From Candidatus Omnitrophota bacterium (GTDB lineage: Bacteria > Omnitrophota > Gorgyraeia > Zapsychrales > Zapsychraceae), in the NCBI GenBank assembly GCA_029261055.1, contig JAJDCA010000065.1, forward strand, positions 9,581 through 73,580: a stretch of 64,000 bases of DNA, written 5' to 3'. A program made the position numbers and the translations under genes. Positions 1 through 9,343 of the stretch are shown here, one piece after another (within the stretch, counting starts at the first letter, position 1; each line of letters opens with the position of its first letter). A model generated the notes under the pieces. It had not been told where the DNA came from. It searched no databases and was given only the letters and a program-made list of their open reading frames with translations.

Positions 1-1018
1 TAATTTCTACCCCTTCTTCAATCCGCACATTTTGGGATAAAACAGAATGCTCCACATGACCACCTTCAATTACACACCCTCCGGCAATCATAGAATTCAC
101 AATAGAACCTTTTTGTGAAGACGTACTCACCATTTTAATCGGTGGATACTGTTCATGATAGGTTCTAACCGGCCAAGATTTATCATATAAATTAAATTCA
201 CAATCAGCCTTTAACAAATCCATATTCGCTTCATAATACGCATCCCTTGTCCCGATATCTCGCCAATATTTCGGTTGCCCCTTTTCATCAACAAAATTAT
301 ATACATACACTTTTTTCTGATTACGCAGCATTTGCGGAATCACATTTTTTCCAAAATCATGGGCCGAGCTGATGGAAGCATCCTCTCCAAGCTCCTTTAG
401 AAGCGCATCACGCTTAAACAAATAAATACCCATGGAAGCTGAAATTTCACCCGGACTTTCCGGAATCGTTTTAGGCTCTGCCGGTTTTTCTTGAAAACCT
501 AATACATGATGATCCGCATCCATTTCAATAACACCAAAGTGAGGCGATGTTTCTTTAGGCATAGGAACACAAGCCACCGTAACATCCGCATCTTTTTCTT
601 GATGAAAGGCAATCATTTCCTGATAATCCATTTTATAAATATGGTCACCGGCTAAAATCAAAACAAGTTCAGGATCACAATCTTCAATGGCATAAATATT
701 TTGATAAATAGCATCCGCCGTGCCTTTATACCAATCCGCACTGATCCTCTGTTGGGCTGGAATAATATCAATGAATTCTCCAAGCTGACTGGAAACAATA
801 TTCCATCCTGCTAAGAGATGTTTTTGCAGAGAAAATGACTTGTATTGTGTTAAGACATAAATACGCCGTAGGCCGGAATTGATGCAGTTACTCAATGTAA
901 AATCAACAATCCTGTAAATACCACCAAAAGGCACCGCGGGCTTGGTCCGATCCCGTGTCAAAGGATCCAATCGCTCGCCTCGTCCTCCCGCTAAAATGAA
1001 TGTTAATAATTCGCGCAT
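1..1018 (-). CDS. glgC: glucose-1-phosphate adenylyltransferase (ADP-glucose pyrophosphorylase), C-terminus runs off the window
   Basis: Reverse translation from the ATG at 1018 gives MRELLTFILAGGRGERLDPLTRDRTKPAVPFGGIYRIVDFTLSNCINSGLRRIYVLTQYKSF. These are the canonical GlgC N-terminal motifs (LAGGRGERL, PAVPFGG, IDFxLSNCINSG). The ORF is open to the window edge, so it is absent from the ORF track. Confidence 0.85.
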   Translation of the reverse strand, partial: MRELLTFILAGGRGERLDPLTRDRTKPAVPFGGIYRIVDFTLSNCINSGLRRIYVLTQYKSFSLQKHLLAGWNIVSSQLGEFIDIIPAQQRISADWYKGTADAIYQNIYAIEDCDPELVLILAGDHIYKMDYQEMIAFHQEKDADVTVACVPMPKETSPHFGVIEMDADHHVLGFQEKPAEPKTIPESPGEISASMGIYLFKRDALLKELGEDASISSAHDFGKNVIPQMLRNQKKVYVYNFVDEKGQPKYWRDIGTRDAYYEANMDLLKADCEFNLYDKSWPVRTYHEQYPPIKMVSTSSQKGSIVNSMIAGGCVIEGGHVEHSVLSQNVRIEEGVEI

Positions 1019-1085
1019 GATTGCCAATATTACCAAAAATTCAATTCAAAAACAATACAAATATAAAAGAAGTGTCTACAAAGAG

Positions 1086-1114
1086 TCGACAAATTCCATT
1101 TTAAATGCTATTAT
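1086..1114 (+). promoter_or_regulatory. candidate sigma70 promoter for the ZIP transporter gene (TCGACA-N17-TATTAT)
   Basis: -35-like TCGACA at 1086-1091 and -10-like TATTAT at 1109-1114, with 17-bp spacing. The ATG is at 1124, implying a very short leader. Confidence 0.35.
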
Positions 1115-1123
1115 CTGCCCACT

Positions 1124-1900
1124 ATGGATAAATCAGCTCTCATCTACTGGACAACTCTCACAGGCGTTATAAGTGCCTTAGCTACCGGCCTCGGGGCTAT
1201 TCCTGTACATTTTATCAAAAATAATTCCCCCAAATTAAGGGCCATGGCTTCAGCAGTGGCCGCTGGTATGATGATTTCGGCTTCCGTATTTTCCTTGGCT
1301 CAGGAAGGCATTGCCCTTCAAAGCAAATTTCCCTTGGCCCCATATATTGTCATTCTTGGACTTATCCTCGGAGCTACATTCTTTTATTATTCTGAAAAAA
1401 AAATCTCAGCCCTTAACATAGAAGGAAATCTTTTAACCCATGGATTAACTCAACGTGGATTTCTTATCTTTGCCGCCATGTTTGTTCACTCGATCCCTGA
1501 AGGCATTGCGATTGGCGTGGCCTTTGCCACCGGACATTTTCATTTTGGATTAGTTATGGCCTTAGCTATTGCCGTTCACAATATTCCCGAAGGCATCGCC
1601 ATATCGCTTCCACTTAAAGCAGATAATGTTTCTACAAGAAAATGCGCCGCTGTTTCCATCCTTACAAGCCTTCCTCAACCACTTATGGCAGCTCCTGCGG
1701 CTTTACTAGCCTGGTTTTTTGAACCGCTTCTACCTATTGGATTAGGTTTTGCCGGCGGAGCTATGATCTATTTGGTTGTCAGCGAATTAATTCCAGACGC
1801 TTTGGAAAATGGCGGAAAAAGTCTCACCGCATGGGGCGTTATGATGGGACTTTCAGGAATGCTATTGATTACAACTCTTCTTAATCAGATCCCGTATTAG
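1124..1900 (+). CDS. zupT: ZIP family metal (zinc) transporter
   Basis: 258 aa polytopic membrane protein with the two ZIP signature motifs HSIPEGIAIGVAF and HNIPEGIAI. Confidence 0.8.
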   Translation: MDKSALIYWTTLTGVISALATGLGAIPVHFIKNNSPKLRAMASAVAAGMMISASVFSLAQEGIALQSKFPLAPYIVILGLILGATFFYYSEKKISALNIEGNLLTHGLTQRGFLIFAAMFVHSIPEGIAIGVAFATGHFHFGLVMALAIAVHNIPEGIAISLPLKADNVSTRKCAAVSILTSLPQPLMAAPAALLAWFFEPLLPIGLGFAGGAMIYLVVSELIPDALENGGKSLTAWGVMMGLSGMLLITTLLNQIPY

Positions 1901-4900
1901 GAGTTGTCCAAATTGTTTTTGGACAATCTCTTAATTTGCCTTTCCTTTATCCAAGCATACAATACCGGCACTAAAATTAAATTAGCCAATGTTGCCGTGA
2001 CGAGTCCACCTACCGTTGGGGCCGCCATAGGTTTCATAATTTCAGAACCACTCCCCGTAGAAAACATAACCGGCAGCAAAGCAATGATGGTGGTCATGGT
2101 CGTCATCATAGCAGGCCTGACTCTTAATAATCCAGCCTCGATAACGGTTTGGCGCACATCAGTAATTGTTTTTGGCATTTTTTCTTTAAATAATTGTTCA
2201 AGGGTAGATAAAAGAACCACCGCATTATCAGTGGCAACACCGAACAGAGCGATAAACCCTACCCACACCGCTGTGGAAAAACGAAAATCTAATAAAAACA
2301 AAAGAATAACCCCACCCATTAATGATAACGGAAGTACGCCAGCTAATATGGCCAACACACTAAAATTTTTAAAAGCTATGTAAAGTAAAATAAGAATAAC
2401 CGCCAAGGCTATGATAATGGATGGCAACAACTTTTTACGAGATTCCATCTCCGCCTCAAACTGACCGGACCATGTAATGAAATACCCCGGTGGAATTTGA
2501 ACATTACCTTTTTGAATTTCCTCCTGAACAACTTTTTGCGCATCCGCAACAAAATCTACAAGACCTATTTTACTCTGATCTACACTGACAAAAACACGAC
2601 CATACGGCATAGTATTCTCGGATAAAATCATCGCCGGTCCCGGCACTTTTTTAAACTCTACCAATTGAGCCAAAGGTATCTGCGCTGGCCCCGGACTATT
2701 ACGCCACATCCATCTCGTCGGAACAAATATGCGTTTTAAATCTTCAGGGTTATCCCTTAACTCACGCATGTACCGTACTCTCACAGGATATCGCTCCCGC
2801 CCCTCGACCGTTGTCGTCACATTCATGCCACCAATCCCTGTCATAATTAAATCCTGAATATCCTGCACATGAATACCATAACGCGCGGCTTGTTTACGAT
2901 TAATGTCCATCTCAAAATACGATCGCCCTCCGATACGTTCAGCATACGGTGACACGGCGCCCTCTACCTTGCTCACAATCTTTTCTAACTGAATACCAAT
3001 CTTTTCAATTTCTTTTAAATCCGGCCCGAAAACTTTAATGCCTACCGGCGTCTGAATACCTGTAGCTAACATATCAATACGATTACGAATCGGTTGGGTC
3101 ATAATAGGGCTGACACCAGGCATCTTTGTCTTTTCCTGAATTTCTTCAATGAGCTTGGCCCGTGTCATACCAGGACGCCAATGTTTTTTATCTTTAAGAC
3201 TCACAATGGTTTCAATCATGGCTACTGGCGCAGGGTCAGTTGATGTCTCAGCTCTCCCCAACTTACCAACAACACGTTCCACCTCGGGAAATTCATTTTT
3301 GATAATAATATCTTGTTTCTGCATGATTTCCATCACTTGTGTCAATGAGGCTCCCGGAAGCAAAACCGGCATAAACAAAAGATCCCCTTCATCTAAAGGC
3401 GGCATAAATTCTTGTTTCATAACCGAACCTAATCCCAAACCAAGAACAAAAACACATACAGAAATAATAATAATGATTTTTTTGCATTTCAAAGCCCATT
3501 GAAGAAATGGCCTATAACCTTGATGCAAAAGTTTTGCCATTTTATTATCTTCAATACGAAGCAACCTTCCTCGTAATAAAATATAACACAGCGTCGGTAA
3601 AAGCGTTAAAGCAATGATGGCTGCTCCGATCATGGCAAAAGTCTTTGTAAACGCTAACGGACTAAATAATTTTCCAGCCTGACCTGTTAAAACAAAAACA
3701 GGAACAAAACTCACAATCGTTGTCAGTAAAGCAAACAATACCGGTCGGCCTACTTCTTGAGCAGCCTGAACACATACATCCAAACGCTCTGCGCGCGTTA
3801 AGGTCTGACCTTTTTTTTCTACACTCTTCAAAGCCAATTTTCTGTAAATATTTTCCACCATCACACACCCCGAATCCACCATCACACCAATGGCAATTGC
3901 AATGCCACCCAGAGACATAATATTGGCATCCACACCGAACTGTTTCATTAAAATAAAAGCGATTAAAATTCCAATAGGAAGGACGATAGAAATAATCACA
4001 CTGCCCCAAAAATGAAGAAGAAAAATAAGAATAACAACTACAGTGATTAAAATTTCCTGTGTCAAAGCGGAAGTTAATGTATGAACCGAATCCAAAATCA
4101 ATCTTGTCCTATCATAAAAAGGAACAATTTTTACGCCCTCTGGTAACCCCACAGAAATTTCTTCAATCTTTTCTTTGATCCGCTTAATCACCTCCAAAGG
4201 ATTTTCGCCAAAACGCATTAAGACAACGCCACCCGTCGCTTCGCGCCCTTCTTTATCCAAAGCGCCACGTCGGAAATCAGCCCCCAAGGCAACACCACCA
4301 ATATCTTTAATGCTAATCGGTGTTCCTTCATGCACACCAATCACAATATCTTCAATGTCTTCAATACTCTTAATAAACCCCAAACCACGCACCACATATT
4401 CCAGTCCGCCCTCTTCAAATACCTTTGCCCCTACATCAATGTTAGACATCTTGATCGCCTGTATGACATGAAGTAGACTTACGTTGTAAGCTAATAATTT
4501 ATTTGGATCGACATCAACTTGATATTGTTTGACATACCCTCCAACAGAAGCAACTTCCGATACCCCTTCGACACTTGTTAACTGAAACCGGACATACCAA
4601 TCTTGAATTGAACGAAGTTCATCTAATCCATAATCCTCACCCTCCACGGTATACCAAAATATCTGTCCTAAAGCGGTGGCATCCGGCCCCAAGGTAACCA
4701 CCGCATCCGCGGGCATATCCTTCTTCGCAAAATCCAACCGCTCAAGCACGCGCGTCCGCGCCCAATAATAATCTGTGCCATCCTCAAAGATCATATTAAC
4801 CAGGCCAAACCCAAAAGCCGCAGAGGAACGGACAACCTTAACTTTCGGCGTCCCCATCAAGCCCGTCGTCAAAGGATAAATCACCTGATCTTCTACATCC

Positions 4901-5076
4901 TGCGGACTCCGCCCCGGCCACTCTGCATACACAATCACCTGGAGCTCCCCAATATCAGGAATCGCATCAATCGGCGTCTGCCGCATAGCAGAGAAACCAA
5001 AGACAACAAGAAGCGCAAATGTCGTCAGCACCAAGAACCTGTTTTTAAGACAGCTTTTTATAATTGTGTTGATCAT
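1897..5076 (-). CDS. cusA: heavy-metal efflux RND pump, CusA/CzcA family
   Basis: 1059 aa. The N-terminus MINTIIKSCLKNRFLVLTTFALLVVFG plus twelve-TM RND architecture is typical of the HME-RND family. It is the last gene of the csoR-tolC-cusB operon. Confidence 0.9.
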   Translation of the reverse strand: MINTIIKSCLKNRFLVLTTFALLVVFGFSAMRQTPIDAIPDIGELQVIVYAEWPGRSPQDVEDQVIYPLTTGLMGTPKVKVVRSSAAFGFGLVNMIFEDGTDYYWARTRVLERLDFAKKDMPADAVVTLGPDATALGQIFWYTVEGEDYGLDELRSIQDWYVRFQLTSVEGVSEVASVGGYVKQYQVDVDPNKLLAYNVSLLHVIQAIKMSNIDVGAKVFEEGGLEYVVRGLGFIKSIEDIEDIVIGVHEGTPISIKDIGGVALGADFRRGALDKEGREATGGVVLMRFGENPLEVIKRIKEKIEEISVGLPEGVKIVPFYDRTRLILDSVHTLTSALTQEILITVVVILIFLLHFWGSVIISIVLPIGILIAFILMKQFGVDANIMSLGGIAIAIGVMVDSGCVMVENIYRKLALKSVEKKGQTLTRAERLDVCVQAAQEVGRPVLFALLTTIVSFVPVFVLTGQAGKLFSPLAFTKTFAMIGAAIIALTLLPTLCYILLRGRLLRIEDNKMAKLLHQGYRPFLQWALKCKKIIIIISVCVFVLGLGLGSVMKQEFMPPLDEGDLLFMPVLLPGASLTQVMEIMQKQDIIIKNEFPEVERVVGKLGRAETSTDPAPVAMIETIVSLKDKKHWRPGMTRAKLIEEIQEKTKMPGVSPIMTQPIRNRIDMLATGIQTPVGIKVFGPDLKEIEKIGIQLEKIVSKVEGAVSPYAERIGGRSYFEMDINRKQAARYGIHVQDIQDLIMTGIGGMNVTTTVEGRERYPVRVRYMRELRDNPEDLKRIFVPTRWMWRNSPGPAQIPLAQLVEFKKVPGPAMILSENTMPYGRVFVSVDQSKIGLVDFVADAQKVVQEEIQKGNVQIPPGYFITWSGQFEAEMESRKKLLPSIIIALAVILILLYIAFKNFSVLAILAGVLPLSLMGGVILLFLLDFRFSTAVWVGFIALFGVATDNAVVLLSTLEQLFKEKMPKTITDVRQTVIEAGLLRVRPAMMTTMTTIIALLPVMFSTGSGSEIMKPMAAPTVGGLVTATLANLILVPVLYAWIKERQIKRLSKNNLDNS

Positions 5077-5093
5077 TCTGCATCCTTATTTCA

Positions 5094-5250
5094 AAGAAGT
5101 AGAGAGGTAAAGGTGCAAGAAGCAGAGAAAAATAAAAAAAAACTTCATACAAACTTCTACTTTCTTGCCTCTTACATCTCTACTTCTCTGCTTCTCTGCT
5201 TCTTACTTCTCTACCTCTTGCTTCTTACACCTCTGCCTCTTACTTCCCCA
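5094..5250. repeat. CT-rich degenerate octamer tandem-repeat element (copy A). A purine-rich head (AAGAAGTAGAGAGGTAAAGGTGCAAGAAGCAGAGAAAAA) and A-tract are followed by about 12 units of CTTCTCTG/CTTCTTAC
   Basis: Direct reading of the cusB-cusA intergenic region. The purine head is largely the reverse complement of repeat units, giving long hairpin potential. The same architecture recurs at 46745-46903 and partially at 7701-7733. Confidence 0.5.
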
Positions 5251-6414
5251 TCAATGCTTATGCCCCGAGCCTTTCATCGATCCCTTTGGTTCAGCGGGCT
5301 CCAACGCTCCCCCATAAGACGAGGACACAACACCTGTAATCTGACTCTGCGAATCAATAAGAAAATTTCCTTTTGTCACGACATGCTCACCTTCTTTTAA
5401 ACCTTTCAAAACCGGATAATATTTTAATAGCTGATCCGCATGACTGATCGATTCAGGCCCAATCTCCACAAGCCTTCCTTCAAATTTCTCTTTTCCCTTG
5501 ACCACCCATACAATCCTTCTCCGCCCGGTATCTAACAAAGCGCTTTTAGGAATGGAAAGCACATCTTCATTGCCGTCGGGATCAGTGTATTGACTCATGA
5601 TTTCAACATCCACATACATTTCCGGCTTAAGTTTTTCATCAGGATTTTCCACAAGAGCACGAAATCGTACAGAACGCGTTAAAGGATCTACAACAGGATT
5701 GATGGATACTACCTTACCAAAGAACTCTTCTCCCGCGAAGCTGAGTGGACGCACTTTTACATAAGAATCTTTCTTGACCCAATTCAACTCATACTCAAAA
5801 ACATTTCCATAAATCCACATTCTTTTACCAGGAAGGATTAAACTTTCTTCGACTTCCTGAGTTTGCTCCAATACATTAATTTGATCTTCATTTAAACCCA
5901 GCAACAACAATTTACGCTTCGAAGAACTAATCATTGAAGCTGCCCGGTCAATAATTTCGACAATTTCACCCTGCGTAGCCTTGTAATAGGCCTTAACCGC
6001 AGAGATAAATTCATCCTGTGCAATAGCGAGTTGTGGATCATACGCCACACGTCCTACCGCACGAATTTCTTTAAAAAGATGACGTTTAACAACTTGTTCC
6101 GTTTTAATACCTGCCAATTTTAATTCTCTCGCCTTAATTTCAACCTTACTAATAACATTTGCATCAAATTTCTCTTCTACCATTCCCCCCTTTTTAACCG
6201 GAGTTAACGGCATAAAACAAATCGGACATTTGGTATCACCCTTTGCATAATTTTCCGGTGTTACTTTAACGCTAGGGTGCATACCACAGGTATAGTGGGA
6301 CACTTCTTCCACATGCTCAGGCTGATGACTTTCTTGAGAAGATACTTGCGCAAATCCATCTACTGCAAAAGGTCCCATCAACAAAATGACCATCATAAAA
6401 TTTACTAATTTCAT
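5251..6414 (-). CDS. cusB: RND efflux membrane fusion protein (CusB-like) with an N-terminal heavy-metal-binding motif
   Basis: A signal peptide starts at the internal Met (MKLVNFMMVILLMGPFAVDGFA), with RBS GGGAGG upstream. The HYTCGMHP motif matches the metal-binding YHYTCPMHP-type motif. It also has a His-rich region and a GSGHKH C-terminus. Biotin-lipoyl-like and beta-barrel MFP regions are present. The ORF track extends the start to 6486. Confidence 0.85.
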   Translation of the reverse strand: MKLVNFMMVILLMGPFAVDGFAQVSSQESHQPEHVEEVSHYTCGMHPSVKVTPENYAKGDTKCPICFMPLTPVKKGGMVEEKFDANVISKVEIKARELKLAGIKTEQVVKRHLFKEIRAVGRVAYDPQLAIAQDEFISAVKAYYKATQGEIVEIIDRAASMISSSKRKLLLLGLNEDQINVLEQTQEVEESLILPGKRMWIYGNVFEYELNWVKKDSYVKVRPLSFAGEEFFGKVVSINPVVDPLTRSVRFRALVENPDEKLKPEMYVDVEIMSQYTDPDGNEDVLSIPKSALLDTGRRRIVWVVKGKEKFEGRLVEIGPESISHADQLLKYYPVLKGLKEGEHVVTKGNFLIDSQSQITGVVSSSYGGALEPAEPKGSMKGSGHKH

Positions 6415-6427
6415 TTTATCCTCCCTA

Positions 6428-7714
6428 TCATAATTTCTCTCCAACAATTCTTTCCAAATACGCGATGGACTTATGATAATCCACAACCGCCTTGTAATAC
6501 GCTAGGCGTGTCTGTAAATACGTCCTTTCCGTATCCAACCAATCTAAAAAACTAATATTTCCCGTTTCAAATCCCGTTTGCGAAGAGTCAAACGCCTGCT
6601 GAGCCTGAGGCATCAAAGCTGTTTCATAAAGAGAAATAATATCGCGGTAAGTCGTAATTTTAAAATACATATCTTGCGCCTCAAAGGTAATCTGATTCCT
6701 AACACCCTTTTGACTTTCCTGTGCTGCTTTTAAAGATGATGTTTTTTCATTAAACAAGGCCTTTAATTTGCCAAACCATATTGGCACATTAACCGAAACT
6801 TTGGCTAGCCAAGCATCCTGGCCGTCATCAATAGAGGTCGTTGTCCCTCCGCCAATTTCAATAAATTCTGCCCCCAAAGTGAAATCTGGAAAATAATTCA
6901 TACGTGCTAAAGATTTTTCATATACAGCCCTTTCAACAAAAAAGTCCGCCGCCATCAACTCTTGTCGGGAATTCTGAGCTTTATTAACAACATCCTCCAT
7001 GGTATAAATAAAATCCTGATATTCTGCCTCTGTGATCTTTGCGATAATGACATTTGGTTTCCGGTTAAGCAGACTATTCATCCTCGCGGCTAGACTTTGC
7101 CTATTTTGTTTAAATAAAAATAATTTCCGGATAATATTAGAAAGCTCGACCTGCGCCTTGATCACGTCTTGCTGCGGAACAAGATTGGATTCATATTTTC
7201 GCTGGGCTACTTTTTCCAGCTTCTCCAAAATCGCCTTTTCTTCTTCATTAATCTCTACCGCCTTATCCACCCAGAACAAATCATAATACACAAACTTTAT
7301 ATCCTTAATGATTTCATTCTTAACTGCTTCGTATTGCTCCTTAAATATTTGCGCCTGCTTCGACTGCACTTTACCTTTCAGCCTTCGTTTCCCAGGAAAT
7401 GGGATTTTTTGCGCAAGGCCATATTTTTGCTTCTGCGGACCAACCCTTGTCTGCACCTCTTCCCCAAAATACCCATAACTGGCAACAGGGTCATCCAGAC
7501 TTTTCGCACTTTTAATTTTATATTCAGCCGTTTTCCATTTATGGTAGGCCTGTTGGATATTAGGATTATGATCAACAGCTTTCTCAATATAGGAATGAAG
7601 ACTTTCTTGCGCGGCCACTGAGATAGGCAAACACAAAAGAATAAAAACAAAAACAACCCATCTAAAACTTTGCTTATTAATTTTTAAAATTTGTTTGTAT
7701 CTTGTTTCTTGCAT
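6428..7714 (-). CDS. TolC-family outer membrane efflux protein (CusC-like)
   Basis: About 428 aa from the Met at 7714 (MQETRYKQ...) with signal peptide VVFVFILLCLPISVAAQ, preceded by RBS GAGGT. The body has the two-repeat OEP architecture. An alternative upstream start is at 7756. Confidence 0.8.
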   Translation of the reverse strand: MQETRYKQILKINKQSFRWVVFVFILLCLPISVAAQESLHSYIEKAVDHNPNIQQAYHKWKTAEYKIKSAKSLDDPVASYGYFGEEVQTRVGPQKQKYGLAQKIPFPGKRRLKGKVQSKQAQIFKEQYEAVKNEIIKDIKFVYYDLFWVDKAVEINEEEKAILEKLEKVAQRKYESNLVPQQDVIKAQVELSNIIRKLFLFKQNRQSLAARMNSLLNRKPNVIIAKITEAEYQDFIYTMEDVVNKAQNSRQELMAADFFVERAVYEKSLARMNYFPDFTLGAEFIEIGGGTTTSIDDGQDAWLAKVSVNVPIWFGKLKALFNEKTSSLKAAQESQKGVRNQITFEAQDMYFKITTYRDIISLYETALMPQAQQAFDSSQTGFETGNISFLDWLDTERTYLQTRLAYYKAVVDYHKSIAYLERIVGEKL

Positions 7715-7748
7715 CTTGCACCTTACCTCTTTTTTAAAGAATACCTTA

Positions 7749-8036
7749 TTACCCACTCTTTCTAAACGTCTTTAACAATTTTAATACTTCTTCTATTTTC
7801 TTTTTTTTCTCAGGTTCTGATTTTCCTTCAAAAGCCGTCTTAACGCAAGTATCCAAATGCTTTTCTAAAATATCACTCTGTACCCTTCCGACAGCACTGG
7901 ACACAGCGCTCAACTGCGTTAAAATATCCACACAATAACGCTTATCCTCGATCATTTTCTGAATGCCACGCACTTGCCCTTCAATACGTCTTAAAGCATC
8001 CAACTTCATTTTATGACTCGGTGACTTTTTCATCAC
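7749..8036 (-). CDS. csoR: CsoR/RcnR-family metal-sensing transcriptional repressor
   Basis: 95 aa protein with the DUF156/CsoR signature [13 protein letters not shown] and conserved Cys/His positions. It is the first gene of the cus-type efflux operon. Confidence 0.85.
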   Translation of the reverse strand: MMKKSPSHKMKLDALRRIEGQVRGIQKMIEDKRYCVDILTQLSAVSSAVGRVQSDILEKHLDTCVKTAFEGKSEPEKKKKIEEVLKLLKTFRKSG

Positions 8037-8048
8037 CCAAAGGATAAC

Positions 8049-8065
8049 ATACCCTATGGGGGTAT
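8049..8065. promoter_or_regulatory. CsoR operator ATACCCTATGGGGGTAT (GC-rich pseudo-palindrome)
   Basis: A near-perfect inverted repeat lies 13 bp upstream of the csoR start codon. It closely resembles the characterised Bacillus CsoR box (TACCC-N-GGGGGTA type). Confidence 0.6.
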
Positions 8066-8156
8066 GTCAATTTTTTTTGCCTTAATTTAATCTCGACAGA
8101 ATAGTGTGCAAATGCTATGATTTTTTTAAATCATAAAAATAACGAAAGGAACCCTG

Positions 8157-8390
8157 ATGAAAAAACGATCTATGCCCTATTTAGCTGTGGCCGGTGCCGT
8201 TATTGCCCTTCTATTACTATTAAATGTTAACGGTAATGCCTATAAAAAAGAATCCGCAACAGAAGATTTAAGCCAAACATTTGTTACCGACAAAAGTGAT
8301 CGTACACTTTTAAAAGAAATTCTTGTTTCTCAAAAAGAAACCGCTAAACTTTTAAAAGAAATTAAAATGCTTCTTGAAGAAAAAAAATAA
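8157..8390 (+). CDS. small secreted hypothetical protein with a K/E-rich C-terminus
   Basis: 77 aa with signal peptide MKKRSMPYLAVAGAVIALLLLLNVNG and a charged helical tail. Confidence 0.4.
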   Translation: MKKRSMPYLAVAGAVIALLLLLNVNGNAYKKESATEDLSQTFVTDKSDRTLLKEILVSQKETAKLLKEIKMLLEEKK

Positions 8391-8407
8391 GCATACTCAA
8401 AAAAAAT

Positions 8408-9340
8408 ATGAAATACGCCTTCATTGCCCTTTTCTTCTTCACGACAATTATTTCTACTGCCCTCGGACAAGAACAAAGAACAGACGGTTTGTATGAAGAA
8501 TTTTATGAATCTGGAGAGCTCCGACGCCTCGTCACATATGCCAATGGAAAACCGAATGGGCATTTTAATATCTTTGACAAAAATCGCAAACTCATAGGCG
8601 AAGGACTCTATATTGACGGCATATTGGATGACAAAGCCATTAGCTATTATCCTAACGGCTTGCCCAAACTAGAATTATTTTATACAAATGGAGCTCTCCA
8701 CGGAGTTTCCAAATCATTCTACGAAGATGGCACACTCAAAAGCGAATCACGCTATGAAAATAATCAACTCAACGGTCCCTCCAGAGAATACCGGGACAAT
8801 GGGGTCTTACATTATGAACGAAATTACAAAAATGATAAAGAACACGGCCTCGCTAAAGAATATTCAGACAACGGACTCCTTAAACGATCAACACAATTTG
8901 CAGATGGCGTTCAAAAAGGCATCATTCGGGAATACAGCAAACAAGGCCGACTATCACGAGCCTTTGAAGCACACAATGGGATCCCAAATGGTACCATAAA
9001 ACAATATTACCCTACTGGTGAACTACGCAGCGAGGGACCACTTACGCCTAAAGGAAAATTAGGTACCGGGCTCATTAAAGAATTTTATAAAAATGGGGCA
9101 TTATGGCGAGAAATTGATATTAAAAGTGGCAAACGTCATGGGCTCTTTCGTGAATTCCATAAAAACGGAACTATCAAAAGTACTGGCCATTTTAAAAACA
9201 GTAAACGTGAAGGCTTATTTGTGACTTACCGAGAAAACGGCATCTTAAAAAATAAGAAAACTTTCGAAACCAATAAAAAAATTCTAAGCAAAAATTATGA
9301 TGAATATGGAAATCTATTGCTTGGAGATGAAGAAGGATAA
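8408..9340 (+). CDS. secreted MORN-repeat (YwqK-like) protein
   Basis: Signal peptide followed by repeated G-x-Y-x-x-Y-x-N-G-x-L motifs typical of the MORN variant repeat. Confidence 0.6.
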   Translation: MKYAFIALFFFTTIISTALGQEQRTDGLYEEFYESGELRRLVTYANGKPNGHFNIFDKNRKLIGEGLYIDGILDDKAISYYPNGLPKLELFYTNGALHGVSKSFYEDGTLKSESRYENNQLNGPSREYRDNGVLHYERNYKNDKEHGLAKEYSDNGLLKRSTQFADGVQKGIIREYSKQGRLSRAFEAHNGIPNGTIKQYYPTGELRSEGPLTPKGKLGTGLIKEFYKNGALWREIDIKSGKRHGLFREFHKNGTIKSTGHFKNSKREGLFVTYRENGILKNKKTFETNKKILSKNYDEYGNLLLGDEEG

Positions 9341-9343
9341 AAT

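Noticed and set aside
1019-1123. Zur box in the glgC-zupT divergent region
   Set aside because: I found no convincing AT-rich palindrome of the GAAATGTTATAATATAACATTTC type. Only a plausible sigma70 promoter was found.
942-1172. 76-aa plus-strand ORF overlapping the glgC start
   Set aside because: Its first 77 nt (942-1018) are antisense to the conserved GlgC N-terminus and it extends through the zupT promoter region. It has no RBS and is an arginine/lysine-rich artefact.
1904-4471. ORFs 1904..2383(+), 3149..3502(+), 3662..4009(-), 3720..3920(+), 4175..4471(+) inside cusA
   Set aside because: All lie antisense or out of frame within a well-supported 1059-aa RND pump gene. They have low-complexity or implausible composition and no domain signatures.
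5113-5400. 95-aa GTG-initiated ORF (and its counterpart 46720..46932) reading through the CT-rich repeat as a Leu-rich peptide
   Set aside because: The reading frame is created by the pyrimidine octamer array. The two copies are read in different registers relative to the repeat head. Both overlap conserved genes antisense (cusB, metW). It is treated as a repeat, not a gene, although a GAGGT motif precedes the GTG.
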